From Escherichia phage vB_EcoM-Ro111lw, in the sequence record MH571750.1: DNA of 64,000 bases; one strand, written 5' to 3'. Position 1 is the stretch's first letter. Every line of letters starts with the position of its first letter. Positions 47,349 to 57,462 of this stretch are shown piece by piece. Position numbers and translations under genes: made by a program. The notes beneath the pieces were generated by a model that was not told the DNA's origin, searched no databases, and was given only the letters and a program-made list of their open reading frames with translations.

Positions 47349-50048
47349 TTAGTGTACTTCAAGCCAGCTTTTACCAACCTTACCAGTACCTGTTACAAGT
47401 GTTTCTTTCTTAAGACCTAAGTTCTTAGAAGCTTGTCCATAATACCAGTCAGTAACTGCTTTCACTTCTGCCGTCATACTTTCTGGACATTCCCAGCTTG
47501 TTTCATCGTGATATGCGCAGAGCAAACGAGCACCAATAGCTGGTTTACGACCATTTAACTTCATCAAACCTTCGTCAATCATACGACGACAAGCAAGGTT
47601 AATTGCCTCATTTTGAATCTGACTTTCCGAACCCATAAGCAAATAATTCAATAACTTATGTGGAGATTTACACCACAACCAAGCTCCAGCAACCTTTACG
47701 AAGCCCCCTTTAGAGATTGCAGCAGTCTTACCAAACACCTCTTCAAGTGCCTTTTTAGTCGCTTTGTAGTCAGCTTCCAAGTCATCCAGCAGCTTCTTAA
47801 TTTTAGGCAAACGAATAAAGTAAGTCTGTTTGGTCAGTGCACCTTCCTGAGTAGTTGCAGCTTTAATCGTCTTAGCAAACTTCTCATCACCTGCACCGAA
47901 CAGCAGTGCATAGATACCATTCTTAGCTTTCTTACGACCCTTGCTAATCTCATGGAGAAGGTTCTCATCCTGAGTAGCTCGACAAGTCAAGATATCCTGC
48001 TCATCATTCAAGCTAAAGTAAATACTGTTCAGTGTGTGTGCATCAGTCCCTGAATAGACAACGTACAGGTCATTCTCAGAGTCATAGCGAAGGTACTTAT
48101 CAATCTCTGGGTTGAGGTACTCATCAAAGTGTTTGCAGTAATAGCGTCCATCCTCTTGACGAATAAACTCAATCTCTTCTTTACCTTGCGTTACCGCTTT
48201 GGTGAAGTCTTTGTCACCCATAAAGTTACAAAGGAGAACTAGCTGGGCTGAGTTCATGTCTACAGAGACAACGTTAGTACCTTCCTCACAAATCCACACT
48301 GCCCTCATTGGTTCCCCATAGACAGCAGCACCAGACGGTACGTTTACAATACCATATTGTGTCATACGTCCAGTTGAAGTACCAAATACCATTGCACCAG
48401 CACTAAGGCGACCATCAGGACGAATCTGGTTTAGCCAACCTTTTTCATCATCCTTTGAGTTCTCAATGGTTCTGCGTCGGTGCATCAAAGTATAGTACTT
48501 AGCAATCTTCTGTCCAAGCTCACCTTCAATCGTATCATAAGAAGATTCAGTAAGTTTTGGTGAAGTACGGATTAAACAAGGCTCAAGCAAATCTGTGTAC
48601 TTCTTAACAGACCAGTTATGCTCAATGTACTGGACACCTTCATGTTCAACATAACTCAAGCCACACCGTTCAACCATCTCCTGCCACTTAGGATGCTTGG
48701 TAATCATCTTTTTGTTGTCTTTGAAACGACAAACCTTAACAGGACGACCATCTGAGTCTTTCTTGTAGTTCCAGTCATCTGGAATCCAACCAACTGATTT
48801 CAAGTAATCTTTAACAACTGCTACCTGAGTCATACGAGAAACTTCGAACTCAATTGGTGTATATGGTGCATCAATCAAACCTGTGTAGCGACTTGACTCA
48901 AGTCCAAAGTGGTTAACAACATGGCTGTTATAGTACTTCACAGTCTTAACTGTTTTTACTGGCTTCCAGTCTTTGCATTTCTTACCAATCTTTGCATTCA
49001 ACTCATTGCAAATTGCACGAGCATCCTTCATTGCTACAAAACCTTCCTTGTACTCTTCACCAGTTACAGAGTTGGTTGGCGTATAGCAATTTCTCTTTTC
49101 AATGTTAAAAATCTTTGTAGTTGGCTTACCAAATGGTTTGATTTCATAAGTCTGCATCTCACCATTACGTACCTGCTGACGATACTTTGTCTTAGGGTAC
49201 TTGGTAATCCTCTTCAGTCCATCTGCATGACCAAATGTTTCAACATACTCATTCCAAGCCTTTGCAAACTCTTCACCAGTTACTTTACCTTTGGTCTTAA
49301 TAGTTGGTGGTAGATGTGGTTCAACCTCTGAAGCAAGCTCATTAGTCAACTTGTCAAGTTCCTTTACATGGAACTCCATAAGTTCTTTATCAGCTTTCCA
49401 ACCATTGATAGCTTGCTGGCTCATCCAGAAAGATGTCTCTTTAGCTCGCATGTAGGTTTCATAAGTGTCTATGCCACACTTCTTAAGCTTGAGATACTCG
49501 TTATCAAGTGCCCGTTTAGTTTTGGCGTTAATACGGATATCTTCTACAACACGAGTGAAGATTTCTGCATTCCACACACCCCAATGTTCAATCTCTGGCT
49601 TACGAACACCAACACGAGCACCCCATGCAGCCAAACCATGAGCACCTTTATAACCCTTTGGAGTTGGTCTATCCATCCACTGAACACGAGACTGGATAAG
49701 AGAATCCTGAAAGAAATTACTCCACGGCTTACATTTTGGATTATCAAAGTTCCATAAATCCGGTGCAATGTGATTGAAGACCCACCAGTCATAACCGAGG
49801 CCGTTATGGATACAAAGTCGTTTTGCCTTTAACGCAAACTCAACACCTTCACGTAAACCACCCTTAATGTACTTAGTGTACTTGTGACCGAGGATAGGCT
49901 CATCTGTAAAGACCCATACAGGTGGCTCTTCATCGTCAGATTTATAGTCTGCAAAGGCCATTACGTGAACTTTAGTGAACTCAAGGAGTAAACCATCAGT
50001 TTCTGTATCACCAACCAAATGTAAGTTTTTAAAATCTACGTTTTCCAT
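47349..50048 (-). CDS. DNA polymerase, family A (T7 gp5-like), with 3'-5' exonuclease domain; start placed at the internal Met preceded by an RBS
   Basis: Exo motif VGDTETDGL near N-terminus; polymerase motif C region ...LLCAYHDETSWECPE...; ORF track gives 47349..50078 but GGGAGT sits 6 nt upstream of the ATG at 50048. Confidence 0.9.
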   Translation of the reverse strand: MENVDFKNLHLVGDTETDGLLLEFTKVHVMAFADYKSDDEEPPVWVFTDEPILGHKYTKYIKGGLREGVEFALKAKRLCIHNGLGYDWWVFNHIAPDLWNFDNPKCKPWSNFFQDSLIQSRVQWMDRPTPKGYKGAHGLAAWGARVGVRKPEIEHWGVWNAEIFTRVVEDIRINAKTKRALDNEYLKLKKCGIDTYETYMRAKETSFWMSQQAINGWKADKELMEFHVKELDKLTNELASEVEPHLPPTIKTKGKVTGEEFAKAWNEYVETFGHADGLKRITKYPKTKYRQQVRNGEMQTYEIKPFGKPTTKIFNIEKRNCYTPTNSVTGEEYKEGFVAMKDARAICNELNAKIGKKCKDWKPVKTVKTVKYYNSHVVNHFGLESSRYTGLIDAPYTPIEFEVSRMTQVAVVKDYLKSVGWIPDDWNYKKDSDGRPVKVCRFKDNKKMITKHPKWQEMVERCGLSYVEHEGVQYIEHNWSVKKYTDLLEPCLIRTSPKLTESSYDTIEGELGQKIAKYYTLMHRRRTIENSKDDEKGWLNQIRPDGRLSAGAMVFGTSTGRMTQYGIVNVPSGAAVYGEPMRAVWICEEGTNVVSVDMNSAQLVLLCNFMGDKDFTKAVTQGKEEIEFIRQEDGRYYCKHFDEYLNPEIDKYLRYDSENDLYVVYSGTDAHTLNSIYFSLNDEQDILTCRATQDENLLHEISKGRKKAKNGIYALLFGAGDEKFAKTIKAATTQEGALTKQTYFIRLPKIKKLLDDLEADYKATKKALEEVFGKTAAISKGGFVKVAGAWLWCKSPHKLLNYLLMGSESQIQNEAINLACRRMIDEGLMKLNGRKPAIGARLLCAYHDETSWECPESMTAEVKAVTDWYYGQASKNLGLKKETLVTGTGKVGKSWLEVH

Positions 50049-50106
50049 TTTTACTCCCTCTAAAATCATTAACCTCATACATTACTGCAAAAAATTATAA
50101 AAAGCA

Positions 50107-50131
50107 AGTTGACAATGTACTTGACAAGGTG
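50107..50131 (+). promoter_or_regulatory. Second copy of the tandem-TTGACAA 25-nt motif (GTTGACAATGTACTTGACAAGGTGT) in a divergent intergenic region
   Basis: 24/25 identical to 8683-8707. Confidence 0.5.
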
Positions 50132-50305
50132 TTAATCTTTGCGAAGTGGGTTTTTACTTAAAAGGTTACTTAACAGTTTAACTATACAGATACTTTAAAA
50201 CTCTTAAAAGATTATTTAATAGCTTTTAAAAAGCTTTAAAGTATAACGTATAGAATACGTTAAGATAAAAGATTAAAACTTAATAGTTACTTAAAAGAGG
50301 CTTAC

Positions 50306-50728
50306 ATGCAGAAAATGTTTGTTCACCCAGACATAGCTGACTTTGTTAGAGCTTTGCAGAAGTTGGAAGAACTTGACATTGCTGCTCAACGGGAATATGC
50401 TCACCATCACAGGAGAATGGTTGATATACAACATGAAATAGAGTTGTCTGAAAACTATGAAGATGACTTAAAATGCTCTGTATTTGAGCATATGAAAGAT
50501 GTTGCTACAGCGAGACGTAAAGCTAAAGACACAGTTGCTTTACTAGATTCTCTTAAAAAGAGGTTGCAAAGTGGTACAGACCTGTGTAATCTAGCGTCAC
50601 TGATTAACGATGTTGAAACTTCTTGGGATAGGCACTATTATCCACGTTCTGAAAAGACACTTGACTTTTCTTCATCTGAAAACTTAAAATGTTCTAGAAA
50701 GAAACTTAACCAACTGAGAGAGAAATAA
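50306..50728 (+). CDS. Hypothetical protein (140 aa)
   Basis: ORF track. Confidence 0.5.
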   Translation: MQKMFVHPDIADFVRALQKLEELDIAAQREYAHHHRRMVDIQHEIELSENYEDDLKCSVFEHMKDVATARRKAKDTVALLDSLKKRLQSGTDLCNLASLINDVETSWDRHYYPRSEKTLDFSSSENLKCSRKKLNQLREK

Positions 50729-50729
50729 T

Positions 50730-51542
50730 ATGAATACTACTGTAGACCAGATGCTTGAAGAGAAAGGTGTTGATGAAGCATTCTTAATCAATGCCGTAGA
50801 AAGCATGGCTATGATTCTTCGTGGTAATAACTACACAGAACAGTTTATGCCTGCAAGCTATAACTTGCCTGAAGACAAGTCTGATAACAGTGCTTTTGCA
50901 GAACAGGTCAACATGATGCTTTGCGACAAAACACTTGCTCTGGCATCTATTGCGGTTGGTGTTGATGCTCTTGCAGAGTTTATTTTTTATGAGATGCAGA
51001 GAAATGACTATATCAGGATGTCAGACGAAGATAAGGAACTGTTGCTGACTAAGGACACTGATTTCATTATTGATACGCTTATCTCATCAACGAGTGCTGT
51101 TATGGCTGTTCTTGAGAAGCGCATGGAAGAGAAACTTTCACGATATGAAAAACTTGATTGGGGCGTAGAAGAACTAAACCCACGAATCAAGGAGATTATC
51201 CAGCAAACTAAAGAGTCTTTGGAAGAAGCTGTTGAGAATGACTCTGTAGCTGATGTAGAACCACTACAGGTGAAGGTTGCTCTGATGATTCCAGCTATTT
51301 CTACAATGATGAATATCGTTGCACTAATCCAACTTTCTCAGATGTTGGGTGTAACCATTGAGTTCGTTGAGGAGATGACTGGTGGTGTCAGTATGCAAGC
51401 AATCAATGATGTTTTGGTAAACATTGGTGCTTCAATCATTGAAGAGAAGCTACGTATCAACTTCGGTGATGATTTTGTGAAGCAAATCTCAGCTATGGCT
51501 GAAAAAGAGCACTCACAAATTACCAGTGACCAACTGCACTAA
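50730..51542 (+). CDS. Hypothetical protein (270 aa)
   Basis: ORF track. Confidence 0.5.
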   Translation: MNTTVDQMLEEKGVDEAFLINAVESMAMILRGNNYTEQFMPASYNLPEDKSDNSAFAEQVNMMLCDKTLALASIAVGVDALAEFIFYEMQRNDYIRMSDEDKELLLTKDTDFIIDTLISSTSAVMAVLEKRMEEKLSRYEKLDWGVEELNPRIKEIIQQTKESLEEAVENDSVADVEPLQVKVALMIPAISTMMNIVALIQLSQMLGVTIEFVEEMTGGVSMQAINDVLVNIGASIIEEKLRINFGDDFVKQISAMAEKEHSQITSDQLH

Positions 51543-51560
51543 GTCTTTATAAATCTTACA

Positions 51561-51585
51561 AGCCTCCTTAGTTGGGGGCTTTTTA
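51561..51585 (+). terminator. Rho-independent terminator (AGCCTCC / GGGGGCT + TTTTT)
   Basis: agcctccttagttgggggcttttt; near-identical to the minus-strand hairpin at 1171-1202. Confidence 0.6.
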
Positions 51586-51603
51586 GTAATTAAGGGAGAC
51601 AAA

Positions 51604-52347
51604 ATGAGTAATATTATTGCATTTACTGGAAAGGCACGTTCTGGAAAAGACACCTCATGTTCTATTGTTAAGAATATCTTAGAAGATGAGTATGGTTACA
51701 ATGTTGCAGTAATGGCCTATGCAGACAATCTTAAGCTATCTGCGTCAAAGATATTTGACTTGACATGGAATGACCTGTACGGTGAAACTAAAGAGACTCC
51801 ACAGGTTTTTGATTTATCATACTCTGAACTGATGTCCAAAGTTACAGAAGCTATGGAGTTCACCTTCAGAGATGAACGTTACCATATGGACTTTAAGCTT
51901 ATGTCGGAGTTAACCGGACGATTAATTATGGAGCTTAAGAAGGTTGCTAAACCAACTCTATTGACACGTCTGGGATTTAGCAAGAAGTATAAATTCTCAT
52001 CAAGACAAATTCAACAGATTTGGGGTACTGAAGTTATCCGTAAAGTTATGGGTGACAAGTTCTGGTCTAAAGACCTTGAAAAAAGAATGGTAAACTTCTT
52101 TGATGTTTGCTCACTTAGGAATCAAGAAGGTGTTGTTTTAATCAGTGACTTAAGGTTTGACTCTGAAGCTGAGTGGTTGAGCAGATTTGCACACCAAACT
52201 ATTGAAGTAAAAAGAGACAATGTGGACAAGGTTTCATCACATGTTTCAGAAAATGGAATTTCTACCAAATATGCGCGTGACATTATCCATAATAATGGTA
52301 CTCTTGAAGACCTTGAAAGCAAGCTAAGAGCTATCCTGAAAATTTAA
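51604..52347 (+). CDS. Deoxynucleoside monophosphate kinase (T4 gp1-like)
   Basis: N-terminal P-loop IIAFTGKARSGKDT closely parallels the T4 gene 1 dNMP kinase P-loop (FLSGVKRSGKDT, recalled from memory); 247 aa. Confidence 0.7.
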   Translation: MSNIIAFTGKARSGKDTSCSIVKNILEDEYGYNVAVMAYADNLKLSASKIFDLTWNDLYGETKETPQVFDLSYSELMSKVTEAMEFTFRDERYHMDFKLMSELTGRLIMELKKVAKPTLLTRLGFSKKYKFSSRQIQQIWGTEVIRKVMGDKFWSKDLEKRMVNFFDVCSLRNQEGVVLISDLRFDSEAEWLSRFAHQTIEVKRDNVDKVSSHVSENGISTKYARDIIHNNGTLEDLESKLRAILKI

Positions 52348-52355
52348 AAGAGAGA

Positions 52356-52556
52356 ATGAAGATGAGAGTAAAAGATAATTTTAAAGTTATTGACCATCGT
52401 TTAGTGGAACTCTCATCTCTTTCCAATGAGGTAATGATTGAACGTCTTAAGAGAGTTGAATCACGAAGGAAAGAGATTGCAGATGAAATTCATGAACTGG
52501 ACAAGATTGAAAACGGATTGAAGGCAGAACTACAACGAAGAGGTGCTAATGTCTAA
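52356..52556 (+). CDS. Hypothetical coiled-coil protein (66 aa)
   Basis: ORF track. Confidence 0.4.
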   Translation: MKMRVKDNFKVIDHRLVELSSLSNEVMIERLKRVESRRKEIADEIHELDKIENGLKAELQRRGANV

Positions 52557-54534
52557 AGGTCGTAAATTGAAAGAGGCTGGTCAGTTTATTGGTCATTGTG
52601 CATGTCCACGTTGTGGCTCATCAGATGCTGGTTCAATCTACCATCATGACGATGATTCTTATTCGATGACTTGCTTTAGCTGTAACAAAGGTTTCCCAGA
52701 GTGGGATTTTGATAAAGGACAAATCGTGAGCACTTATTCTACTGGTTCAGATAATAAAAACCGTACTTTCCGTGGAATGGATTTAGACGATGTAAAAGAA
52801 AACCTAGAAGCAATGGACTTGAAAGACAGGAAGATTCCTGCAAAAGTCCTCGAACGCTTAGGTATCAAGGTTGACATTGATAGTGACGGTGAAATTGATG
52901 CACATTTCTATCCAACTTACAAACGTAATGAAGATGGCAAGCTAGAACATGTTGGTTATCGTGTTCGTCACCGTTACCCAGAAGACCATCCAAAAGAACA
53001 CCTACGTGGCAAGCTAAAAGACTTCTCAGGTGGTGTTGGAGACATTAAAGGTGAACTGGCAATGTTCGGTTCATGGATTGCTCCAGAAGGTGGTAACCGT
53101 CTATTCATCTGGGAAGGTGAGATGGAATGTGCGACAGCTATCTACATGACTTCTCTGGCAATTAAAGATAAGTCTCGTCGTAAGAATTACTGTCACGTAT
53201 CTGTTCCATCAGGTGCAAACATTAAGTCTATCAAAGACAACTATCAGTACATCACATCATTTGATGAGATTTACTTGTGCTTTGATAACGATGAAGCAGG
53301 TGCTAAAGCTACCAAAGAGGCTGCTGGTATCCTACCTATTGAGAAGGTTCGTTTATTCCAGTACCCAGAAGGCGTAAAAGACCTTAACGAATGGTGGACA
53401 AAGTTCTATAAAGAGAAAGACACAGTTCTGGAAGGATTTAAACAGCGTATCTACAATGCACCTCGTTACTGCCCTGCTGGTATCAAGAACTTTGCAGATG
53501 GTTTTGAGGCAATGAAGAATCGTGGTCAGATTCCATTGATTCCTTTCCCAGAATCTTTCGGGGATTTGAACAGACTGACTTACGGTGGTTATGGTTTGGG
53601 TGAGATTACGACTATTGCAGCACCATCTTCAGTAGGTAAGTCAGCTTACACTCGTGAGATGATTTACACTGCTTGGAAGGAAACTGATTATAATATCGGT
53701 GTAATTCCTGTAGAAGATACCTATGAAGAGTTGATGGAAATGCTCTGTGCAATCCACCTGAGCAAGCAGATTTCTGAGATTCCTTATGACGAACGTGATT
53801 GGGATGAATTAAAGGAAGCACACGCAGAACTATCTAAAGGTCGTCGTATCCACATCGTAGACCATCAAGGGGCGATTGACCAAGACAACCTGCTGGAATT
53901 TGTTGACTATCTTGTTAACAGTTTAGACTGTAAGATTATTATTCTTGACCCTATTACGTTGGCTCTGTCACGTTCAGATACGGATGAAGAGGAAGTTTTG
54001 TCTGAGCTATTGCGTCGTTGCAAACGCTACCAGTATGCGCAGGTAAACGTATGTCACGTTCGTAAGAGTGCAGGTGGTCAGAAAGCTAACTCTGAAGGTG
54101 GGGATATCTCTGAAGAGGATATCAAGGGTTCTGGTGCGTATTTCCAGATTTCCATGAATAATATTTTGTTAATGCGTAACAAGGTTGACCCAGACCCTGT
54201 TAAGAAAAACTTAACAAAAATCAAGTTAACTAAGTGTCGTCGTCACGGTAAGTCAACAGGTATTGCTGGTCATACTTGGTACAATCCAGATACAGGACGC
54301 CTCATCAAAGCATCTGGTTGTGGGGTTGACATTGATGGTGCAGCAGAAAATATTCGCCAACAGTTTGGTATTGGTGAAGCTGAAGACCATTACGATGACT
54401 CTTTACCGCATTATGAGGATGAAGTGTTTGACCGTGAGACTGGTGAAGTCTATACTGAAGAACAGCGTCAAAGCTCAACGATTCCACCTGTATTAAGTGA
54501 GGATGCAGATGACTGCCCGTTTGAAACTGAGTGA
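52543..54534 (+). CDS. Bifunctional DNA primase-helicase (T7 gp4-like)
   Basis: N-terminal zinc ribbon CACPRCGSSDAG...CFSCNKGF, central TOPRIM-like region, helicase Walker A ITTIAAPSSVGKSAY and Walker B IIILDPIT. Confidence 0.9.
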   Translation: MLMSKGRKLKEAGQFIGHCACPRCGSSDAGSIYHHDDDSYSMTCFSCNKGFPEWDFDKGQIVSTYSTGSDNKNRTFRGMDLDDVKENLEAMDLKDRKIPAKVLERLGIKVDIDSDGEIDAHFYPTYKRNEDGKLEHVGYRVRHRYPEDHPKEHLRGKLKDFSGGVGDIKGELAMFGSWIAPEGGNRLFIWEGEMECATAIYMTSLAIKDKSRRKNYCHVSVPSGANIKSIKDNYQYITSFDEIYLCFDNDEAGAKATKEAAGILPIEKVRLFQYPEGVKDLNEWWTKFYKEKDTVLEGFKQRIYNAPRYCPAGIKNFADGFEAMKNRGQIPLIPFPESFGDLNRLTYGGYGLGEITTIAAPSSVGKSAYTREMIYTAWKETDYNIGVIPVEDTYEELMEMLCAIHLSKQISEIPYDERDWDELKEAHAELSKGRRIHIVDHQGAIDQDNLLEFVDYLVNSLDCKIIILDPITLALSRSDTDEEEVLSELLRRCKRYQYAQVNVCHVRKSAGGQKANSEGGDISEEDIKGSGAYFQISMNNILLMRNKVDPDPVKKNLTKIKLTKCRRHGKSTGIAGHTWYNPDTGRLIKASGCGVDIDGAAENIRQQFGIGEAEDHYDDSLPHYEDEVFDRETGEVYTEEQRQSSTIPPVLSEDADDCPFETE

Positions 54535-54790
54535 TAGTTATAAAAGAGAGGGGTTCATACCCTTCTTTGAAGAAAAAAGTTTAAATAAATTTCAGGAAGA
54601 GTGTTTGACAAAGATTGATAGGTTCTATAGAATGCTCCTCATGAAATGCAACGGGGAAGTTGAGATAAAAGAAGATTTCCACCAAAGCATGATTACAGTC
54701 ATCATTTCGCTGCCTCAGCATAATATTAGTTGGCTGTTTATAATTAAAGAAAATGTGTTTGAATATCAAGTATATCGGAGAATATCATGA
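54497..54790 (+). CDS. Hypothetical protein (97 aa); overlaps the primase-helicase 3' end, doubtful
   Basis: ORF track only. Confidence 0.3.
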   Translation: MRMQMTARLKLSDSYKREGFIPFFEEKSLNKFQEECLTKIDRFYRMLLMKCNGEVEIKEDFHQSMITVIISLPQHNISWLFIIKENVFEYQVYRRIS

Positions 54791-54936
54791 AACACTCTAA
54801 AGCATTTGAAAAAGTTTTTGGGGATTCCTTAAAAGCCACTGCTGGAAAACCAGCAAAATACTATGAAGAAAAACGTGTAAGAACTGGAAAAACTGCACGT
54901 AAAGCAGCTTCTAAAGATAAGCACAACTTCCAGTAA
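54787..54936 (+). CDS. Small basic protein (49 aa), not in the ORF track
   Basis: ATG at 54787 preceded by GGAGAA; reads MKHSKAFEKVFGDSLKATAGKPAKYYEEKRVRTGKTARKAASKDKHNFQ; stop at 54934-54936. Confidence 0.35.
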   Translation: MKHSKAFEKVFGDSLKATAGKPAKYYEEKRVRTGKTARKAASKDKHNFQ

Positions 54937-54943
54937 TTAATGT

Positions 54944-54972
54944 TTGACAATAGAGTATCAACAAATTAGAAT
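54944..54972 (+). promoter_or_regulatory. Sigma70-type promoter (TTGACA-17-TAGAAT) upstream of the SSB gene
   Basis: tttgacaatagagtatcaacaaattagaat read directly. Confidence 0.55.
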
Positions 54973-55008
54973 TGGTACTCTTCATAAATTGAGATAGAGG
55001 TTTAAATA

Positions 55009-55866
55009 ATGTCTAAAGTTGTTAAAATGAAAGCTCCGGTAGAGAAGTACAATGGTACTGAACGTCAAACTCTGCGTTACCTTCTGAAAGATGTTTGGTT
55101 TTATTACCTGAACACTTCACCACGTCCGGGGAAAGGTAAATCCATTGATAAGAAATTCCCAGGCAAAGACTGTAACTACAGTGTTTCAATTCTGGCAGAA
55201 GATGGTAACAAACTGTTTAAAGAGTTTACTAAGTCTAAGAAAAACCCAGAAGGTTGGGATAAAGTTACTACTGAAGCAGTTGATGCAGATGACTTCGAAG
55301 AGAAGTTTGGTTGCAAACCACCATTTGAAGCAGACACTTACTACATCTTGAAAGTAAGTCGTGCAGCAGCTTATAAAGATGGTGCTGTATGGACAGCTAA
55401 ACAGTCATTCCCTGTTATGCTTATTGAAGAAGTAAATGGTAAGCGTGTAGCTGTTAAGCAGCCGATGAAGAAAATCAAAGCTCAAGCATCTGATAAACAT
55501 GAAGATGACAAGAACTATGATGTAATCCATCCAGATATTGCAGTTGGTAACGGTTCTTTTGGTAGTGTGATTCTTTCTACTCATTTCTACACTTTTGAGA
55601 ACAATGTTCTGACAAAACCTATTCAGGAACAGTTTATCATTGATACTCTTGTGCCTTACACTGGTGGTAATGGTGCTAATGGCGAACCTGAACTGGATGA
55701 AGACGAACTGGCTATGCTTGGTCTTGATGGTGTTGAAGATAACGGTGAAATCACTGAAGAAGACGCAACAGACCACAAACCTTCGAATGATTCTGATGAT
55801 GGCGACGATGAAGACTTGCCAGACCCAGATGATGAAGAAGATGAAGACTTCGATACAGAAGACTAA
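55009..55866 (+). CDS. Single-stranded DNA-binding protein (T7 gp2.5-like, acidic C-terminal tail)
   Basis: Highly acidic C-terminus ...DDGDDEDLPDPDDEEDEDFDTED with a penultimate aromatic, as in T7-type SSBs; located between primase-helicase and exonuclease. Confidence 0.6.
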   Translation: MSKVVKMKAPVEKYNGTERQTLRYLLKDVWFYYLNTSPRPGKGKSIDKKFPGKDCNYSVSILAEDGNKLFKEFTKSKKNPEGWDKVTTEAVDADDFEEKFGCKPPFEADTYYILKVSRAAAYKDGAVWTAKQSFPVMLIEEVNGKRVAVKQPMKKIKAQASDKHEDDKNYDVIHPDIAVGNGSFGSVILSTHFYTFENNVLTKPIQEQFIIDTLVPYTGGNGANGEPELDEDELAMLGLDGVEDNGEITEEDATDHKPSNDSDDGDDEDLPDPDDEEDEDFDTED

Positions 55867-55884
55867 TCTCTAAAAGTTACTTTA

Positions 55885-55912
55885 AAGCCCTGTACTTAGT
55901 ATGGGGCTTTTT
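55885..55912 (+). terminator. Terminator-like hairpin (AAGCCC ... GGGCTT + TTTT)
   Basis: aaagccctgtacttagtatggggcttttt. Confidence 0.45.
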
Positions 55913-55928
55913 CATATGGAGAGTCACA

Positions 55929-56969
55929 ATGGAGAAGTATACGCTAACAAAACTTCCCGATTCAGTTACACATGTCTTTATTGACTCTGATAGCATTGCC
56001 TATAAAGGTGCTTGTGTAGTTGAGAAAGCAAAATATAAATATGTCAATAAACTCACAGCAGAAGAATCTGAACCATTTGATAATGCAAAAGATGCTGCAA
56101 GATGGTTAGCAGACCAGAGAATCCTTGTAGAAGAGCTTGGCCTGACATTTGATGAAGATGAATGGGAAAGACAGACTTGGAAAGAAGCTAAGAGCGAAAA
56201 AGAAGCTATCATGGCTACTCAGCAGGTTCTTCAGGAATGGCTTAAGGTTGTTGGTAAAGAAAGAACTTGGGTAGGTTACTTAACAGAGAAAGGTGTACAT
56301 AAACATAAAGACATTAAAGGTCTTGAGCACCAATATCAAGGTAACCGTAAAGATGCTGTCACACCAACACACTTAGTCGCTTGTCGTGAATATCTTCTGT
56401 CAAGACCAGAGTTCAAGCTCTTAAAGGGAGGCTTCGAAGCCGATTCCATCGTAATTGCTAAAGCTGAAAAGATGGGTAAGAAAGCTGCTCTTATGAGTAT
56501 TGACAAAGACCTTCGACAAGCTGAAGGAACTTATTGTATTGATATGACTTATGAAAAATCACCACTCATCTTTATTGCTGACAATAATGTTGGTGATATC
56601 TGGGATTGTCCTATCAAATCAAAACCAAAAGCTGCAAAAACAGTTGGTGTAGGTTTTAAATTTTTGTGTTATCAGGCTGTTGCTGGAGATAATGCAGACA
56701 ACTACTTCGGCCTTAAAGGTGCTGGAAAAGTAGCTGTGATGAATGCTTTAGAGGGTAAAGAGACCTATAAAGAGTGTCTTGATGCTATCTATGAACTCTA
56801 TGCTAAAAAAGAGTCTTACACCTATGTGTCATGGGATGGACAGACTGTTACCAAAACACCATTAGAGTTAATGGAACAACATTTCTGGATAGCATATCAA
56901 GAGAGAAATCCAAAAGATAATTTCTCTTTTAAGAAATATAATTGGGAGCCGTGTATGAATGAAGATTAA
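55929..56969 (+). CDS. 5'-3' exonuclease (T7 gp6-like / FEN-family)
   Basis: Segments MSIDKDLRQ and AGDNADNYFGLKGAGKVA parallel the T7 gene 6 exonuclease regions ISCDKDFKT and GDITDGYSGIAGWG (recalled from memory). Confidence 0.65.
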   Translation: MEKYTLTKLPDSVTHVFIDSDSIAYKGACVVEKAKYKYVNKLTAEESEPFDNAKDAARWLADQRILVEELGLTFDEDEWERQTWKEAKSEKEAIMATQQVLQEWLKVVGKERTWVGYLTEKGVHKHKDIKGLEHQYQGNRKDAVTPTHLVACREYLLSRPEFKLLKGGFEADSIVIAKAEKMGKKAALMSIDKDLRQAEGTYCIDMTYEKSPLIFIADNNVGDIWDCPIKSKPKAAKTVGVGFKFLCYQAVAGDNADNYFGLKGAGKVAVMNALEGKETYKECLDAIYELYAKKESYTYVSWDGQTVTKTPLELMEQHFWIAYQERNPKDNFSFKKYNWEPCMNED

Positions 56970-57456
56970 AGGATTTGGCAATTGTCCCACCTATGGTCAT
57001 TGGGTATCTTTGTGTGGGGAAGTTGACCCCACTAAACATTTTGGTTTTGTCTATTTAGTATACTGTAAGAAAACCGGACAATACTATATCGGAAAGAAAC
57101 AACTTAATAGTGTGACCAAAAGAAAAGTTGCTGGCAAGACTCGGAAGAAGGTAGTCACTAAGGAAAGTGATTGGATGACTTATGAGACTTCTTCTGAGTA
57201 TATTAAAAAAGATATTGAGAGCTTTGGAAAAGAATTTTTTGACTTTTACATTATTCAAACCTACCACACAAAAGGTGGTCTAGTTTATGGTGAAGCAAAC
57301 CTTCAACATAAATTCGATGTAATGACAAAAAGGATTGACTCTAAGCTCAGACTCTTCTACAATGCCAACATTGCAGCAATTAAGTTTATCACTAAAGAAA
57401 CTTATGAAGATGCTGAAAAAAGAATCCATAAGGTAATGAAAGCAAACTGTGCTTGA
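56959..57456 (+). CDS. GIY-YIG domain protein (putative homing endonuclease)
   Basis: FGFVYLVYCKKTGQYYIGKK matches the GIY...YIG signature; downstream conserved Arg-rich stretch. Confidence 0.6.
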   Translation: MKIKGFGNCPTYGHWVSLCGEVDPTKHFGFVYLVYCKKTGQYYIGKKQLNSVTKRKVAGKTRKKVVTKESDWMTYETSSEYIKKDIESFGKEFFDFYIIQTYHTKGGLVYGEANLQHKFDVMTKRIDSKLRLFYNANIAAIKFITKETYEDAEKRIHKVMKANCA

Positions 57457-57462
57457 TAACTA

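Noticed and set aside
40517-50078. Group I introns or inteins in thyA, DNA polymerase, or the RNR genes
   Set aside because: All these ORFs are continuous and of normal length with motifs in the expected order; no interruption seen.
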